In this document: in pieces, positions 33,801 to 47,300 of the stretch | Layout of the letters: every line of letters begins with the position of its first letter | Numbering within the stretch: position 1 is the stretch's first letter | Origin: Dendrobates tinctorius | Taxonomy: Eukaryota | Direction of reading: 5' to 3' | DNA: 64,000 nucleotides | Assembly (NCBI RefSeq): GCF_039654945.1 | Contig: NW_027362026.1 | Span: 1,736,001 to 1,800,000 of the forward strand | Translations under genes and position numbers: made by a program | Notes under the pieces: model-generated | Seen by the model: only the letters and a program-made list of their open reading frames with translations | What the model was told of the DNA's origin: nothing | Databases searched by the model: none

Positions 33801-34564
33801 GACAGTTTTATAGGGCAGGTCATTACGGACGCGGCGATACCAAATATGTGTACCTTTATTGTTTTTGTTTTTTTTTATTTTGAAAAAATGGATTTATTGG
33901 GGAATATTTTTTTTTTTTTTACTAATTTATTTAGCGATTTTTTTAAAATTATTTTTAACACTTTTTTTTTTTTTTTTTTTTACTTTATTACCTTGTCCCA
34001 GGTGGGACATCACTGTCCTGTGACAGATCGCTGATCTGTCACATCACAGATCGCTGATCTGTCACATCACAGATCGCTGATCTGTCACATCACAGATCAC
34101 TGTGACAGATCAGCGATCTGTCACAGGCACTGCTGCAGACTTCCTCATGCCTGCGCTTTGCAGGCAGTGAGGAAGTCAGCTCCCTGCAGGCCCCCGTCGC
34201 CATCTTGGATCCGGGGGCCTGTAGGGAAAGAGCCCCCCGCAGCAGCGCTGCACATTGCGCTGCCGTGGGGGGCTCAGGGAAGCACGGAGGGAGCCCCCTC
34301 CCTGCCGATGCTTCCCTTTAACCCCCGGTACACTGCGATCGCGTTTGATCGCGGTGTGCAAGGGGTTAACGTGTCGGGGGGCGGTCCGTGACCGCCCCTC
34401 ACACATTGTGCCGGGTGTCAGCTATGATAATTAGCTGACACTCGGCCGCGATCAGCGGCGCTCACCACGTGGGCGCCGCTGATCGCGATGACGTAATATT
34501 CCGTCCATGGTAATTAGGTCCATGGTCACATGGACGGAATATTATGTCAATTGTAGGTAAGGGG
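30871..34564 (+). mobile_element. Complete piggyBac-like non-autonomous element (3.7 kb) in L1 ORF2
   Basis: TTAA|CCCCTT...AAGGGG|TTAA. Removal restores LEARISL-IQKEGKD. Internal ~373-bp repeats (31520-32880). Confidence 0.88.
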
Positions 34565-36649
34565 TTAATGAGATTCTGGCTTCCAGAGCCTGAGTAGGGA
34601 AAAAGCTATCTCATAGCATAGAATTGCACACATTTAACTGTCATGGGAGGAGGATCGAGGGGAAGGATTTGTAATAAAAGGAGGAAAGGCCATCAGGGCC
34701 CAGTGCCTTGCCCGACAGGCATCTCGACAGGGTGGACCGGAGCTCGTCCAACCAAAAAGGTTCGACTAACCGCTGCTGCTGTGAATCCGAGAGTCTTAGT
34801 AATCCCAGACGGGTCAGGAAGGACACTATTGATTGTCTCCTCCTGGTCAACTCCTGGGAGGACTCAGGTGGGCGCAAATTATAAAGTTCCTTATAATAGT
34901 TTAAAAATTCAGATTTTATCTGGTCATAATCAAAGGTGCGCGTACCTCTCGGATTTTTAATTGAGTGAATATATATGTATGAGCTTGACGCTGTCGTATT
35001 TTTGAGAGCATGAGTTTAGATGCCTTGTCCCCATGTACAAACATTTTGGTCCACCAGGAGGAATACCATTTTGCAGACTGTAAGTTAAGGATATCTTTTA
35101 GGCGTTGTTTTTTCTGGGATAATTGGGCTAGTGTTTGAGATTCAGTTTGCTTTTTATGTTGAGCCTCAAGATCGGCTATTTCAGCATATAAAGTGTTTAT
35201 CTATTGTTGTTTTTGTTTGTGTAGGTAGGAGGAGATTGATATCAATTCTCCTCTGATAACTGATTTGTGGGCTTCCCATAGGATCGGGGCTGACACCTCC
35301 CCATTGTCGTTTTGTTCAAAGTAAGGGTTAAGAGTCTTGGTTATGCGGTCACGCGTTGAGGGAGTGTTCAGAGCCGATTCGTTAAGTCGCCAAGATCTAC
35401 AGGGAGCAAAGGGTTTGATCAATGTAATTTCTAAAGTTACTATTGAGTGATCTGAGAAAACATACGGTAATATATTGGACCTTTTTGCATTAGGAAGGTA
35501 GTTTTTAGGTATAAAGATATAGTTTAGTCTATGGTAGGACCCATGAGGGTGTGAGTAAAAAGTAAAGTCTCGGTCATTTGGGTGTAGGTATCTCCAAATG
35601 TCTATTATTTGTGAAGAGTGGATCCATTGTTTTATTCTACTAAGATCTCTGAGGGAAATTGCGCTTTTCTTTTTCGTTGTGTCTATTAATGGTTCGAGCG
35701 CAACATTTAGGTCACCTCCTATAATAAGGAGACCTTCTCTAAAATCGTCTATTTTTTTCAGTGTCGCTAACAACCATTTCAGGAGTTTCTTGTTAGGAGC
35801 GTACAGACTGCAGATCGTAACTAAAATCCCCGCCAATAGGCCCTTGACCAATAGATATCTCCCCATAGGGTCAGACAAGATTTTTTGCATCTGAAAGGGC
35901 ATCCCCCTCGCTATCGCTACCGAGACACCCCTTGAGCCTGCCTGAGTGGTGGTAGCATGGAACCATGTGTTATAGTGAGCTTGCTCAAAATTGGGGATTT
36001 TGTTTGGTTTAAAGTGGGTTTCTTGCACTAGCAGAACATCTGCTTTTTGTTTCCTGAGAAAGGCCAGTGTATGTCACCTAGTGACTGGTGAATTAAGGCC
36101 ATGTGCATTGACTGTGGCAAAGGTAAATACCTTATCATGAGTATCCATGAGTATGAAGGAGGGAGTTGGCAGAAGCCTGTTGGGAAGATGTCCACCGTTG
36201 CCTCTGTTGCACCATGATGTCCGGATTAGATAGGTATGAAGGATAGAGAATGAAGGGTATAGAGGGGAAGAGAGACAGGAAGAGGGAGGAAAAAGAAAAC
36301 AACATAAGTTTCATCTTTGAAACAAGTCTTATCGAACTACTAAAGATTAGGTCAAATAACCTTTCAAACATGTTTGTCGGCAATCAAGGGAGAGAAGAAA
36401 AACTACATCGCCTATAGCCTTGGTGAGCATGTACTCTGTGGTAGAATGGAGTGTGGGGGTTAGGGTAGTGAGTAAGGGGGGGGATGGGGGGATAAGGATG
36501 GGATGGGAGGGAAGTTAGTAATGGAAAAGATTATGGGAAAACAGCACTTAGAATATCACGAGACTAAAGATACAATAATTACCTAACCACTAAGAGCAAT
36601 GCACAAAAAGAGGAAATAATTCTTGGATCTGGATGGAGACAGGTCACAT

Positions 36650-37724
36650 GTTCATGTTACATCAATGTCCCCTTTAGATGATGGTGTCTTAGTCGACTTT
36701 CTTTTTGGTCTCTGTGCTTTGGGAGAGCCCGCGGTAATCCAAGGGGGAGGTGGTTGTAGAGGCCGAAGAAGAGAAGCCGTGTGGAAAGTCTCTAGGTCAG
36801 GGTAGGTCTCCAGGCCAATATCTAGAGATTTGCAAACTTTCCTGATGTCGGCGGATGATCTGACCAGAAACCTTTTTTCACCCGTGGAAATGGAGATCCC
36901 AAAAGGGTAAAGCCAGCGGAAGCAGTAGCCTTTATGTATAAGGGCATCCGTGAATGGTTTAATAAGCCATCGCTTCCTGAGAGTAGTGGCTGAAATATCC
37001 TGGAACAGTCTCAGGTGTGAGCCTTCATAGGTAATCTCCTCCTACTCACGAGATCTGCGCATAATCAGCTCTTTTGTACGGAAGTCTAGGAAACAGTATA
37101 GAACATCTCTTGGGGGTTCCCCCTGTTTTGGTTTAGGGTGCAAGGACCCATGTACTCGTACAAGCTCAATGTCAGTGGGGTCCCCATCCAGCAGAAGTTT
37201 CCCAAAAATCTCTTTGGCTGCCTTGGCCAGAGCATCAAGTGCCACAGACTCCGGGAGAATTTTAATTCTAACGTTGTTTCTACACTCGCAGTTCTCATGG
37301 TCCTCCAGAGTTGATTGGATATCATGTAGCTGGTTTTCATGGGCTTTAAACTGTCAAGGAGACCATTGGTGTGCTGTCACATAGCTATTTGGCTTTGTTC
37401 CATGTCCTCTAGCCTGTGTCCTTGTTGAGATAGGTCATGCTTAATTTCAGCGAGCTCTTTTCTGATAGGTTTAAGGGCCCTGGACAGGATCCGTTTAATG
37501 AAGGAACGTGTTTCCAAATTGTCCCTTGAGTCTCCACCTGTGTCAGTGTCGCTTTCAAGATCAGAGTCTGAATCATCATCTGTACAATGATCTGTATGAC
37601 CTGGAGATCTAATAGGGTCAGGTAGAGCAGTTTGCTTCATCAAAAATTTATCCACATCGGCTTGTGTAATAGATTTCAGGGGCTTGGCTGTGGAGCGTTG
37701 CGTTTTAGCTCCAGATTTCCCGAT
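36650..37724 (-). pseudogene. L1 ORF1 (coiled coil, RRM, CTD)
   Basis: RNNVRI..LPES, IELVRVH..PPRDV, LFQDIS..FRWLYPF motifs. Probable start codon mutated to ATC at 37724. Confidence 0.85.
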
Positions 37725-39262
37725 ATTTGTATATAGAAGGCTATAGGATTTTGAAAATGTATAATTTAATCAAGCATCTCCCCTTGCCTGTCACTAGGGG
37801 GCAGTCTAGGTATTCATATCGTCAGTACTGTATAGGCCAGAGAAAGGAAGGCACAATCCTGGTTTGCAAGGAATTATTGCTGGCTATTTGGGCCATTGTG
37901 TGTGGAGGGGTCTGCCTACTGCGAGTGTGGGACACCCATGTGTTCTTGTGCAGCATAGGCAAGATATAAGCTTTGTCTGAGCGAGCTAGTGGAGACCCAG
38001 GGCAAAAACCTGCCAGCAGCAGGGCGTAATGGGAGGGAGAGGGGACAAAGAGTGTGGCAAGTGGTCTATTATTAAGCAGAGTGACTCACCGTACCAGCTG
38101 AGTGTCACTTATCCTGATGTGATTCCCTCTTTCCCATACAATCCACCGCAGTCAGTTTACATGAAATCAAGTCCCTACTGCAGTCCAGCATATGTTCCGT
38201 GCCTGGCCTTTATCCCAGCAGCTCCAGGATCCGGTCCCTGCAGAAAAGATTCTAATCCAGGTGTAGGAAGGATGTATATGTCCAGGATTCTTCTTTCTGT
38301 ATACAGGTGCTTCTCCACGCAGTGTAGCAATCCCACTCCAAGCTCTCACTGCTTCAAGTCTACTGGCCTCTCTGCAAGCAGGATGAGTCAGCAGAAAAGC
38401 AAATCAGTTATAACTCCAGTCCAGCTAAAACAAAGCTTCCAAATTTTTTGCCAGTTGTCCAGGGTATCCCCCAGAATGATTCTTCAAAAAATCTTGATAA
38501 TAGAAGAACTTAGTCACTGGATAAGCTGCTTCAAATAGGTGGCAAAGGGAGAGCTCAGAGCTCAGGCATTCACTATGTTCAGAACTCAAGCCACACCCCC
38601 AGGAGAGATTTTCCGATATACAGTCAGTTGGGGGGTAGCCCCTGGTGCTGCTCAGATGGTCTTGTGCCTGAGCTGCTTAGCTGCAACACAACGTGTGAAG
38701 TAGAATCCCTAGCCATCCATAGTAGACAGTGGGAGAATTGAGCAGAGAAGAGAAGAGTATAGTGAATGGTATCTGCAGCAACGCAGAGAAGAAGTCAATG
38801 AAGAAGTTACTGATGAAGTGACAGCAAAAGTCGGGTGCTGAAGAAGTAGAAGAGTGGGCCACCAGTGAGTGCGCGGGCAGGGTAACCAAAAGGGGTGGAC
38901 GTCCTAGTAGATGATTATGTCCATGTCTGGGCTGAAGCTGGTTCCAGAGAGATAGGTTGAAGAGCCATTTTCACCAGGCTCCTCATCCCGTTGTAACTTT
39001 GTGGCCTATTCCTGTGTAGTAGAAGACATCAGGGAAAGATGAAGAATAATGCATTGCTGGTACCGTATCAAGTGTGCTAAAGGTGTATTGGATGTGCTGT
39101 GTCCTGAAGAGAATAAATCTTTATTGTTTGACGTTATCCTGGGCTCTGCCTCCAGTCCTTTGAACTCCAGAAAGAATAGGGGACGCACCAGGGAAGAAGC
39201 AGCTGACAGCATAGTGAGTACGGAATGTGCTGATGTGTCTACCCCCTGGCCGTATTATTACA

Positions 39263-41332
39263 TAGGGACTCTCCCTTCAGTTACCGTAGCTAGACTCCGT
39301 GCCACCAGAATTGACATTTCACCATTCTGCAAGATTGGTTCCACCAGGACATCATAGTTTTGACCTCACAGTCCTATTCGTGCTTTGCACCAGATCACAC
39401 TCTCAGTACCTGTAGGAAAAAAGATAGGATGTCTACTCACCACATGGGCCATACCGATTGTTCCATCTAGGTCAGCAAACCTTTGCTGCCCATGCAGTGG
39501 GTAGATCGTCCTCTGGATTACTTATCTTTTTTTGGATGAAGCTACGGTCAATTTGTGAATCAGGGCATCCAGAATCTCTTGCAGGCAATTTTGTAAAACG
39601 TTCATACTCAGGATAACAGGGGGAAATCCATCATTCTGAATGTCAACAACAATTATGCCCTGTGTGGAGACGTGAGGGGTCAGCGGGCGCCCACGTCCGC
39701 TAGCCGGAACCGCATGTACCAGGGATCGTCCCATCAAATGCCTGCTCTCCTTTTAATGTGGGCATAATGCTACTCAGACAACACAGGGTGAGGGTAAAAC
39801 AGTGTGGAAATGTTTATTGAACCACAAAACAGGCAGATAACACATAAACAGTCCCAGCACAGTACCCAAGATGGTGCACATTAGAGTCTCACACTTCTGT
39901 TGACCCGCCGGGATAATGGCAGATATTATGTCAGAGATCCCAGGGTCAGCTACCCCACCTGTGGTACACACACAGAGAGGAGGTAACGACAAGTGTAGGA
40001 AGATGACAGTCCATTTAATCCATACAAGGTACAAGGCCATTTGATCCGAGGATCCAAACCTGGCTTCTCCAAACATCTCCATGGAGACAGGTGACCAGTG
40101 GGTCCCAATCCTGACTTTCTCCAAACGTATCCATGGTTCAGCAATGGTCAGTGGAGCAGATCTGCATTTTTCCAACAGGGGCTGAAAACCCCTAGGTTGT
40201 TTCCTGTAGAGTAATAAATCCATGTCCCTCTTGATGGAGCCGTGCCATTGGTTGCTGTCCTGTTTCTGGTCCTTAGGATGTATGGATGTCTTGGCAGAAT
40301 CTCTGGCTGTCCTTCTCTCTGTCTCTTTATGCAGAGGCATTTAACCTATTTTTTTTATTTAACAAGTGTCCTTCAGTCCGGCACCACAGATAAGGGGAAG
40401 AATGGTGATGAGATCAAGTGGCATTACTTCGTTATTTAATCTATTTGCATAGTTTTCCCTCTCTGCTTTCGAAGTCAACAAACTGGATCCATAACATAAT
40501 GCATAATTAGCATACCAGCAAACATCACTAATGATCCAGGATAAGCGCAAAATACAAGTCAATATTACTGACTTACATAAACAAAAGTCTGTTGTCTTGA
40601 CCAGCCAGAAATCAACAGTGAAATTCAAAAGCCAACACACAGATAACATTCTGTTATTCTTCTTTTGCTAAAAACAGTCATCTGGTTAATTAAGATACAA
40701 TGCTGTGTGTCTTCACACCCTGTCTCGAGAGTTCTGCTTGGCCGATTTTTAATTTAGACTCTCAATAACCTTGCTGGGTAACAGCTTGTCTGTTGCTGGC
40801 AATAACGTTTATCGAGACTTCCGGAAGGTGCAACAACTGGTCAAGATTCGAGTAGAGTTCATAGTAGGAGGCTTGAATAGTGGTGACTTGTGAGGCTGTT
40901 TCAAGTAAGGCTGAAAAAGTAATTCCATTAATTTCAATGATGATTACAGGACACCTGTCAATGTATCTAGGGGCCCAATTTGGATGGTCTGGACCTAGGC
41001 GTTCTTCTCCTGAGGACTGGTCCTCTTACTTGGGGAATTCCCAGTTTAAACCTTGGCACTCCTGTTCAATGTGGCCACTTCTCTGGCACTTCCTGCAAAT
41101 AGGCCTCCCTTATGTGTCAAACTGATCTGGGTTGCCATGGCCACTGTCCCTGGAGCCATAACGCCATCTGTCTCTGTGGGACCAGGAGCCTTCAGGTTGT
41201 CCAAACCTGCTGCTGCTTTAAATCCTTTAGCTCCTCACACATCACTGTCAGTCTCTTAGTAAGTTCTACAACTTGCTTGTGCAGGTCTCCTCCAGCATCA
41301 AGGGCTTGACCTTGAGCACAATTGGTAATGGT
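39263..41332 (-). pseudogene. Old Gypsy: gag C-terminus and protease
   Basis: CCHC knuckle CRKCQRSGHIEQEC (~41055-41100); degenerate protease LLETASQVTTI (~40878-40910); GIIVVD..VILSMNVL; LVARSLATV. Confidence 0.85.
39663..40717 (-). mobile_element. Solo LTR inserted in the Gypsy protease
   Basis: TGTGGAGAC...GTCTTCACA; 5-bp TSD CCCTG (39658-39662, 40718-40722). Removal restores SRQG-IIVVD. Confidence 0.85.
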
Positions 41333-42789
41333 TAGTGATGATTAAATAGTGAAATATTCGGATTCGGGAAAATCGGCATGAATAATTTCTAATATCCGTA
41401 TATTCGTAAAGAATAACAAATCCAATGCGAATCAAAGGGAAAGCCGTATATTTTTCTGCTGACCCAACAAACAGGTCTGAGGGCATGAGAAAAAAAGATG
41501 TAATTGGTGGGAAGGAGCTAAAACTAAATAGTAACAGCATGGAGAAGATGCCTGCATGCCTTTCTGATTCACAAATGGTATCTGGGAATAATGTTGTCAG
41601 ACTATTGTGCCGGTTTTTATGGATTTTTAAAAAGACCTACCAAACCAAAGAAATATGCTAATAAACATTTTTTCCTTCATAATTGCATGTATTTAACACT
41701 AGATAAAAATAACAAAAAATAAAAAAATTATACCTCACCTTTAGCATATGTTCACACGGAGCGTTTTAGCTTTAGTTTTTCCTTTAACATTTGTGAGGGC
41801 TCTCACTCCTACATTTGGTAGGTCCCTCCCTCATGCCAAATAGTTAGCAAGATAGTGGAATACATATTCCCCATCCTTTTACAATGCTATTTCAAACATG
41901 CTCATTTTAATTTTGGGCTTTGCCCGCCACCACTAAAATGTCCATCGCCATCTCATTATGCGTCCCTCGCTTTTAATTTTCAGAGGGCCACCAGGTGCTG
42001 TGAAACCTGCTTTTTGTAAGGTCCATAGTTCATTTTTGCCCCCAGATCTCAGTGGTACCACTGCAATAGCGGGTGAAGCCACTGTAAGGTGAATATAATC
42101 CAGGAGTTGGGTGATCAATGTCAGTAAATTGGATTCTACCAGTCACCAAAAGCATTAGAATTAATATCAGAATACAGTTTATGCAAGCGAGGGCCTGTAT
42201 TGTGGTCAGTCTGTCAGGCCTTAAACCAATGTCAGTAACATGTACAAGCCTCATTTTACTTAGAAGGAGCCTCCTCAAGGGAAAGAGACAGGAGTGCCAT
42301 TGACCAATCTGCACAAGCCTACGGATTTGTTCTGAAAACTAACCAGCCAGGCAGAATGTATCTTTTCTTTTGCATGGTTTTGGGCCACAATGGAGTAATT
42401 ACAGGATATGTCCCAGAGAGTGTCAAGGTCTGTGGAATGTATTACTCAGGTGAGAGGCAGTGCTACAGAGCTCAGGTAAAGGCCTTAGCGTGGCAATGAC
42501 CATGTTCCAATATGTTTAAGACTGCAGCATGAATAGGTCTGTGGAGCGTATTAACCCAGTCTCTTAGACGTGCTTAAGATATACAGAAACTGGCCAATAT
42601 CTCACCACCATTTTTTTGTAAGGACCCAAATTTAGAAAATGTAAGCAACAGTTTAATAAAGCAACGCAAGTCTCATTTAGGTGCCTGGGAAAGTCAGAAA
42701 TGGTCTTTGTCCAGCACCAGACAATGTAAATTGCTAACAAATTTGGATACCCTATCTAACTAACAATTTGTGAACAGACATATATGCTG

Positions 42790-43130
42790 ACAAAGGACAA
42801 CCGAATGCTGCACTGGAACAATGAACTGGATGTGGTTGCTGACTGCTGTGTCTTTGCAACTTCAGGTTGTGGACAGGAGGCCTCAGCGCCTCCTATCTGG
42901 ACAGCATAAAGGGAAAGACATAATACAGGGGAAGGGCCAGTGGTTTTACCATCAGACACATATTTTGAACCCAGGCGTTCCGCCCACCTGCTGGGGTGCT
43001 TGGCTGCCACTTGCTTTCGCATGCTGGTAGTGCACAGGTTTGCAGTGTTCTTGCCTCTTCTTAGCTTGGTTTGGCAGATGCAGCAAATTACAGTTGTTTT
43101 ATTGTAGGTAACAGCAGGTTCACAGGATGC
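42790..43130 (-). pseudogene. hAT transposase BED-finger remnant
   Basis: VICCICQTKLRRGKNTANLCTTSMRKQVAAKH aligns with VICKKCAKTFSRGKNLKNLNTSCMLRHLTSMH of the intact-structure hAT. Confidence 0.8.
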
Positions 43131-46100
43131 AGTGACGAGACACGAGACTGAGTGTTGTTTTGGAAAGCAATGTTTATGAACTGGAGCCGCTAGGGCTATA
43201 CTGAACAACCAAAAAGGGGTAACACTAATTGTCCTCGCAAGGCCGGATATTATGGGCCACGAAACGGCCAACCACGGGTCCTTATTTCCTAAAGTCAACT
43301 TATCCTTCCTGACGTCCCTCGGTGTCGCTGGTGTGACTGCTTTGGTGTCACTGATGTCGCTGCTTTGGTGTCGTTAATGTGGCTGCTTTGGTATCACAGC
43401 CGCTGGGCCCAGCTGTTGAGAAGCTGTAGTAGTCTTCAGGCGTCTCAGCACCCAGGAGAAGTTGGGGCACAACAGGCCCTAAGGAAGTCTTTCGTTGCGG
43501 TAACCCCCTGTAGCCACAGCAGGGTCCTGTTCGTTTGTGAGTACACGGGGACTCCAGTCCCCCCAAGCAGGGTAGTGACGTAGTCTAGAAGAGTGGTGGA
43601 TGGTAGGCCACGTGCACGGACTGGGCCTGTGCAAAGAGTCTCTCCGTAGGCGAGGAGCAGGCCCTACTGCCAACTGAAGCGGGGTAATGGCAGCTGTAGG
43701 CGGTGATGAACAGGCCGCAACCAAGGACGGAGGCGGGGCAGCAGCGGGCAGGCCACATCCACTGGCTGAAGTGGCGTGACAGCGGCCGCGGGAGACACTG
43801 GGCAGGCCGCAACGGGCTGGAGTGCAGCGGCAGCGATTGAGGACAACCTTGGGCAGGTCGCGGGCCCAATTTGGAGAGGGGCGACAGTCTCTTGCAGGTA
43901 AGCTCGGTACCTCCTCTCTGAAGGCCGCCGTAGATCTCCTCTCAGCTACTGATCTCTCCTCTGGTCGCCGTCAGTCACTCTGGCTTTGTCACACCCCCAC
44001 AGTCTCTTTCTCTGTGTCTGGCATACTACCAACTGACTTCCCGGCGTGCTCCTTGCCCCCTTTATACTCGCCCCACCCCTTGCTGACCTGTCACTTTCAG
44101 TAGCTGGCTCTCCTCCGTTGTCCCCCAGGTACCGTTTCTCTAGGAACCCAGATGGCGGTCCCCTTGGTTCCGGCCCAGACACTCTACGGGGGTCCTCCTC
44201 CCTACACTCCCCCATCCTGTAAGCTCGCCAGTCCTCAGGCGAGGGCCTCAGTATATTGGGATTAATCTGTAGGGGTATCAATTTTTGTTGCCATATGAAC
44301 TGGTCTTGTTCGTATCATTCGGGGGGGTTGCCGGCTGTTGACCACTCGGAGCGTCTTAGTTCAGCTGGGTTAAGGTCTTCTGGGGTGGTGGACGGTGGTG
44401 GGTTAATAGTGTCTGTTGGCTCATCATTGAGTGGAGGGCCTCCGGAAGTTGGAGGAAAGTCTTCGTCGTCGTCCGGGTCCCAAAACACGGGTAGCAGTTC
44501 AGAGGTCGGAGGGACAGGTTCCTGTTGCTTCGGATGGGTGTAAATACACGGGCATAACATATTATGATGCACAATGCAGGTAGGCAGTGCTTCATCTTTC
44601 TCAGGTCGTATTTTGTGCACAGTCCTTCAGGATTGATACGGCGTAGGACCCGATTGGGACTCTCTTCCCAGCGCGGTTCCAGTTTGTTCTGGGGGCGTTG
44701 ATCTAGTCAAGTACACGGTCCCCGCTTTGGAGTTGTACTCTTTCCCGGGTGTTCCAAATCTCGGAGTTTAGTATGTAGGATTCAATGAAGAGTTTGCAGC
44801 CGGTGACGATAATTTCGGACCCAGGATGATACTCCGGTCCAGGGCTGAGGCTCCTCGGGGTCCAACTCCACCTCCGTGATTCCTTTGCCCTCTCGTCCGA
44901 ACAACAGAGAGTAGGGGTTGTAGCCGGTAACTCGATGTACTCGGTTGTTATAGACCCATACTAATTCAGGAACATATTCGGGCCAATGGGCCTTCTTGTC
45001 ACTCTCCAGAGTACGCAACATTTGGATTAATGTCTGATTAAATCGTTCACAGGCCCCGTTTCCTTGCGGGTGGTATGTTGTGGTCCGGGATTTGTCAATC
45101 CCATAGAAATGGTGTAGTTCCTCCATAACTTTTCCCAAAAAACATGCTCCTTGATCGGAATGTATTCGTTGGGGGCAGCCGTATACTTGTATGAAGTTTC
45201 TGCAAATTGCAGAGGCGGCCAACTCCGCGCTCTGGTCTCGAGTGGGGGTGACCACAGTGAACTTAATGAAATGATCCACCATGACGAGGCAATGTTCGTA
45301 CCCCTGGAATGCGGGACCAATGGTCAGGTAATCTACCATCAGGAGCTCGAGGGGTGCTGAGGTCACGATTGTCTGTACTGAGGCTTCCTGAGCGGGCGGT
45401 TTGGCTAATTCACATAGGCGACAGGTCCGGCAAAGCGTGGGTGGTAAACTCTCTGTTGCAACCATTGCAAGGTCTTTTTAGCTCCGAATTGAGCCCCTTT
45501 TTCGTAGGCCTCTCGAGCCAGTTCGTAAAGTTGGGCTCCAGGCGTAACCACCTGCCAAAACGTCATGAAGGTTGTTTGTGATGTTGTTTTACGGTACAAT
45601 AGACATGTCTTGAATCAAAGTTTGTCATTGGGAATCAGTGGGTAGTCGGCCAGCGGCAACCCACGTCTAGAGAAGTCCAACTTCTTCTTCTTCTTGTTGC
45701 TGTTGTATCCACTTATCCCAAGATTGCTCCAGTATGCCCCTTGGGGTCTCTGGGGAAGATACTTTTTGGGTAGCAGCTGTGAGCACGGCAGCGGTGAGGG
45801 CGAACGGTATCTCCTCCCCTTCTAATTCGTCATCTCGATTCTTTCCTGGGGTTGTATGTCGAATCCTGGAGAGGGCGTCAGCATGGACATTCTCGGCCCC
45901 TCTTTTGTAGATGATTTTATAGTTAAGCTTCACCATCCGGGCCACCCATCGTTGTTCCAGAGCCCCCAATTTGGCGTTTTCCAAATGGGCCAGCGGGTTG
46001 TTGTCCGAAACACTACCACGGAGCCCGCTAGGTACTTTGAAAACCGCTCCGTCATGGCCCACACCACTGCGAGGAGCTCGAGCTTAAAGGAGCTGTAATT

Positions 46101-47300
46101 GTCAGGGTTGCGCTCGGAGTCATGGAGTGAGCGGCTTCCATAGGCGATCACTCTCTCCCGGCCGTCTTGAATTTGTGACAACACAGCCCCCAGCCCGTGA
46201 AGACTCCCGTCAGTGTGTAGGATGAACGGTTGCGAGAAATCCGCATAGGCCAACACCGGAGCATCCGAGAGCGCAGCCTTGAGGTCTCGGAAGGCCTCTT
46301 CCTAAGGTTGTTGCCACTGGATTTTCCATCCATTTGCCCCAGCGGGAGCTCCCTTCAGCAGGTCATGCAGGGCTCGAGCTCGACATGCAAAATTCTTTAC
46401 GAAACGACGGTAGCATCCGGCCAACCCCAGGAATGCCCGCACGTCTTTTATCGTCTCTGGGGTAGGCCATCCCTGAATAACAGCAATCTTTTCCCTAGAT
46501 GGCCTCACACCCTCTGCCGAGATGACATGGCCCAGATACTCAATCTGGGAGCAAAATAGGTGGCATTTTTGGGGTTTTACCTTCAACCTGTACTTTTGCA
46601 ACCGGCCGAGCACCTGTCCCAACCACTTTAGGTGGTCCTCAAATGTGGCAGCATAGGCGATGATATCGTCCAGGTATATCAACGTGGCCTCAAAATTGAG
46701 ATCTCCCAGACACCGCTCCATCAACCGCTGAAAGGTTCCCGGAGCGCTGGCCAGTCCAAACGGCATTCGATTGAACTCAAATAGTCCCATAGGCAGTATG
46801 AACGCCGTCTTGGCCCTATTTTCTTCTGGCATGGGCACCTGCCAGTGCCCACTGGCCAGGTCCAGCGTCGAAAAATACGTCGCCTTTCCCAAGGTGGACA
46901 AGGATTCTTCTATGCGGGGCAGTAGGTATGAGTCTTAGTGCAAGCATTCAGCTTTCGATAATCCACATAGAATCGTAATGTACCATCTTTTTACGGACCA
47001 ACACAATTTGGGGGCCGCCCAGGGGCTTTGGCGCTCCCGTATCACCCCCTTTCGCAACATTTGGGACAACAAAGTTTTCACCTCTTTATAGAGTTGTGGA
47101 GGAATCTGTCGAAATCGTTCTCGGATGGGGGCCGTCCCTGCTGTGGGAATTTCATGAGTGATGGCGGTGGTACACCCAAAATCTTCAGACATGAATTGAC
47201 GTTCCCTAAAGTGGCTTTCTCCTGGCCGCGGGTGCTCAAATGTTTGGGCATCACTGCACTTCACCTCCTCATGACCCTCTTTAATGGTGCACGTTGAGAA
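43131..47300 (-). mobile_element. pol: 5'-truncated Gypsy LTR retrotransposon: RT, RNase H, integrase, PPT and 3' LTR (43131-43993)
   Basis: RT 46302-46901 (LDLASG, MPFGL, YLDD); RNase H 45930-46256 (TDGS, ELLAV, DN); integrase 44782-45465 (HSDQG, HPQGNGACERFN); purine tract before TGTGACA. Confidence 0.92.

Larger units (their letters stand above)
28267..36148 (-). pseudogene. L1 ORF2 (APE endonuclease, RT, C-terminal cysteine-rich region), interrupted by two DNA elements
   Basis: ATG at 36148. Motifs QETHF, YAPN, GGDLN, FSDH, LGPDG, DAEKAFDRVDW, FADD, YLGI, HIWWTCP. Confidence 0.92.
27979..38600 (-). mobile_element. Full-length decayed L1-clade LINE
   Basis: 5' end GGGGGTGTGGC; ORF1 and ORF2; AATAAA (TTTATT at 27998) plus short A tail; TSD AGGAGAGA(GT)TTTTCC at 27963-27978 and 38601-38614. 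Confidence 0.9.
26605..39262 (+). mobile_element. Solo LTR (~0.93 kb of its own sequence) expanded to 12.6 kb by nested insertions
   Basis: TGTAA...TTACA; 4-bp TSD TAGG (26601-26604, 39263-39266). Removing it restores the Gypsy frame GRVP-IRLLNL. Confidence 0.85.

Noticed and set aside
41800-42750. Possible captured host sequence inside the old hAT
   Set aside because: No recognisable protein motif or splice structure in the frames I could read. Needs a database search.
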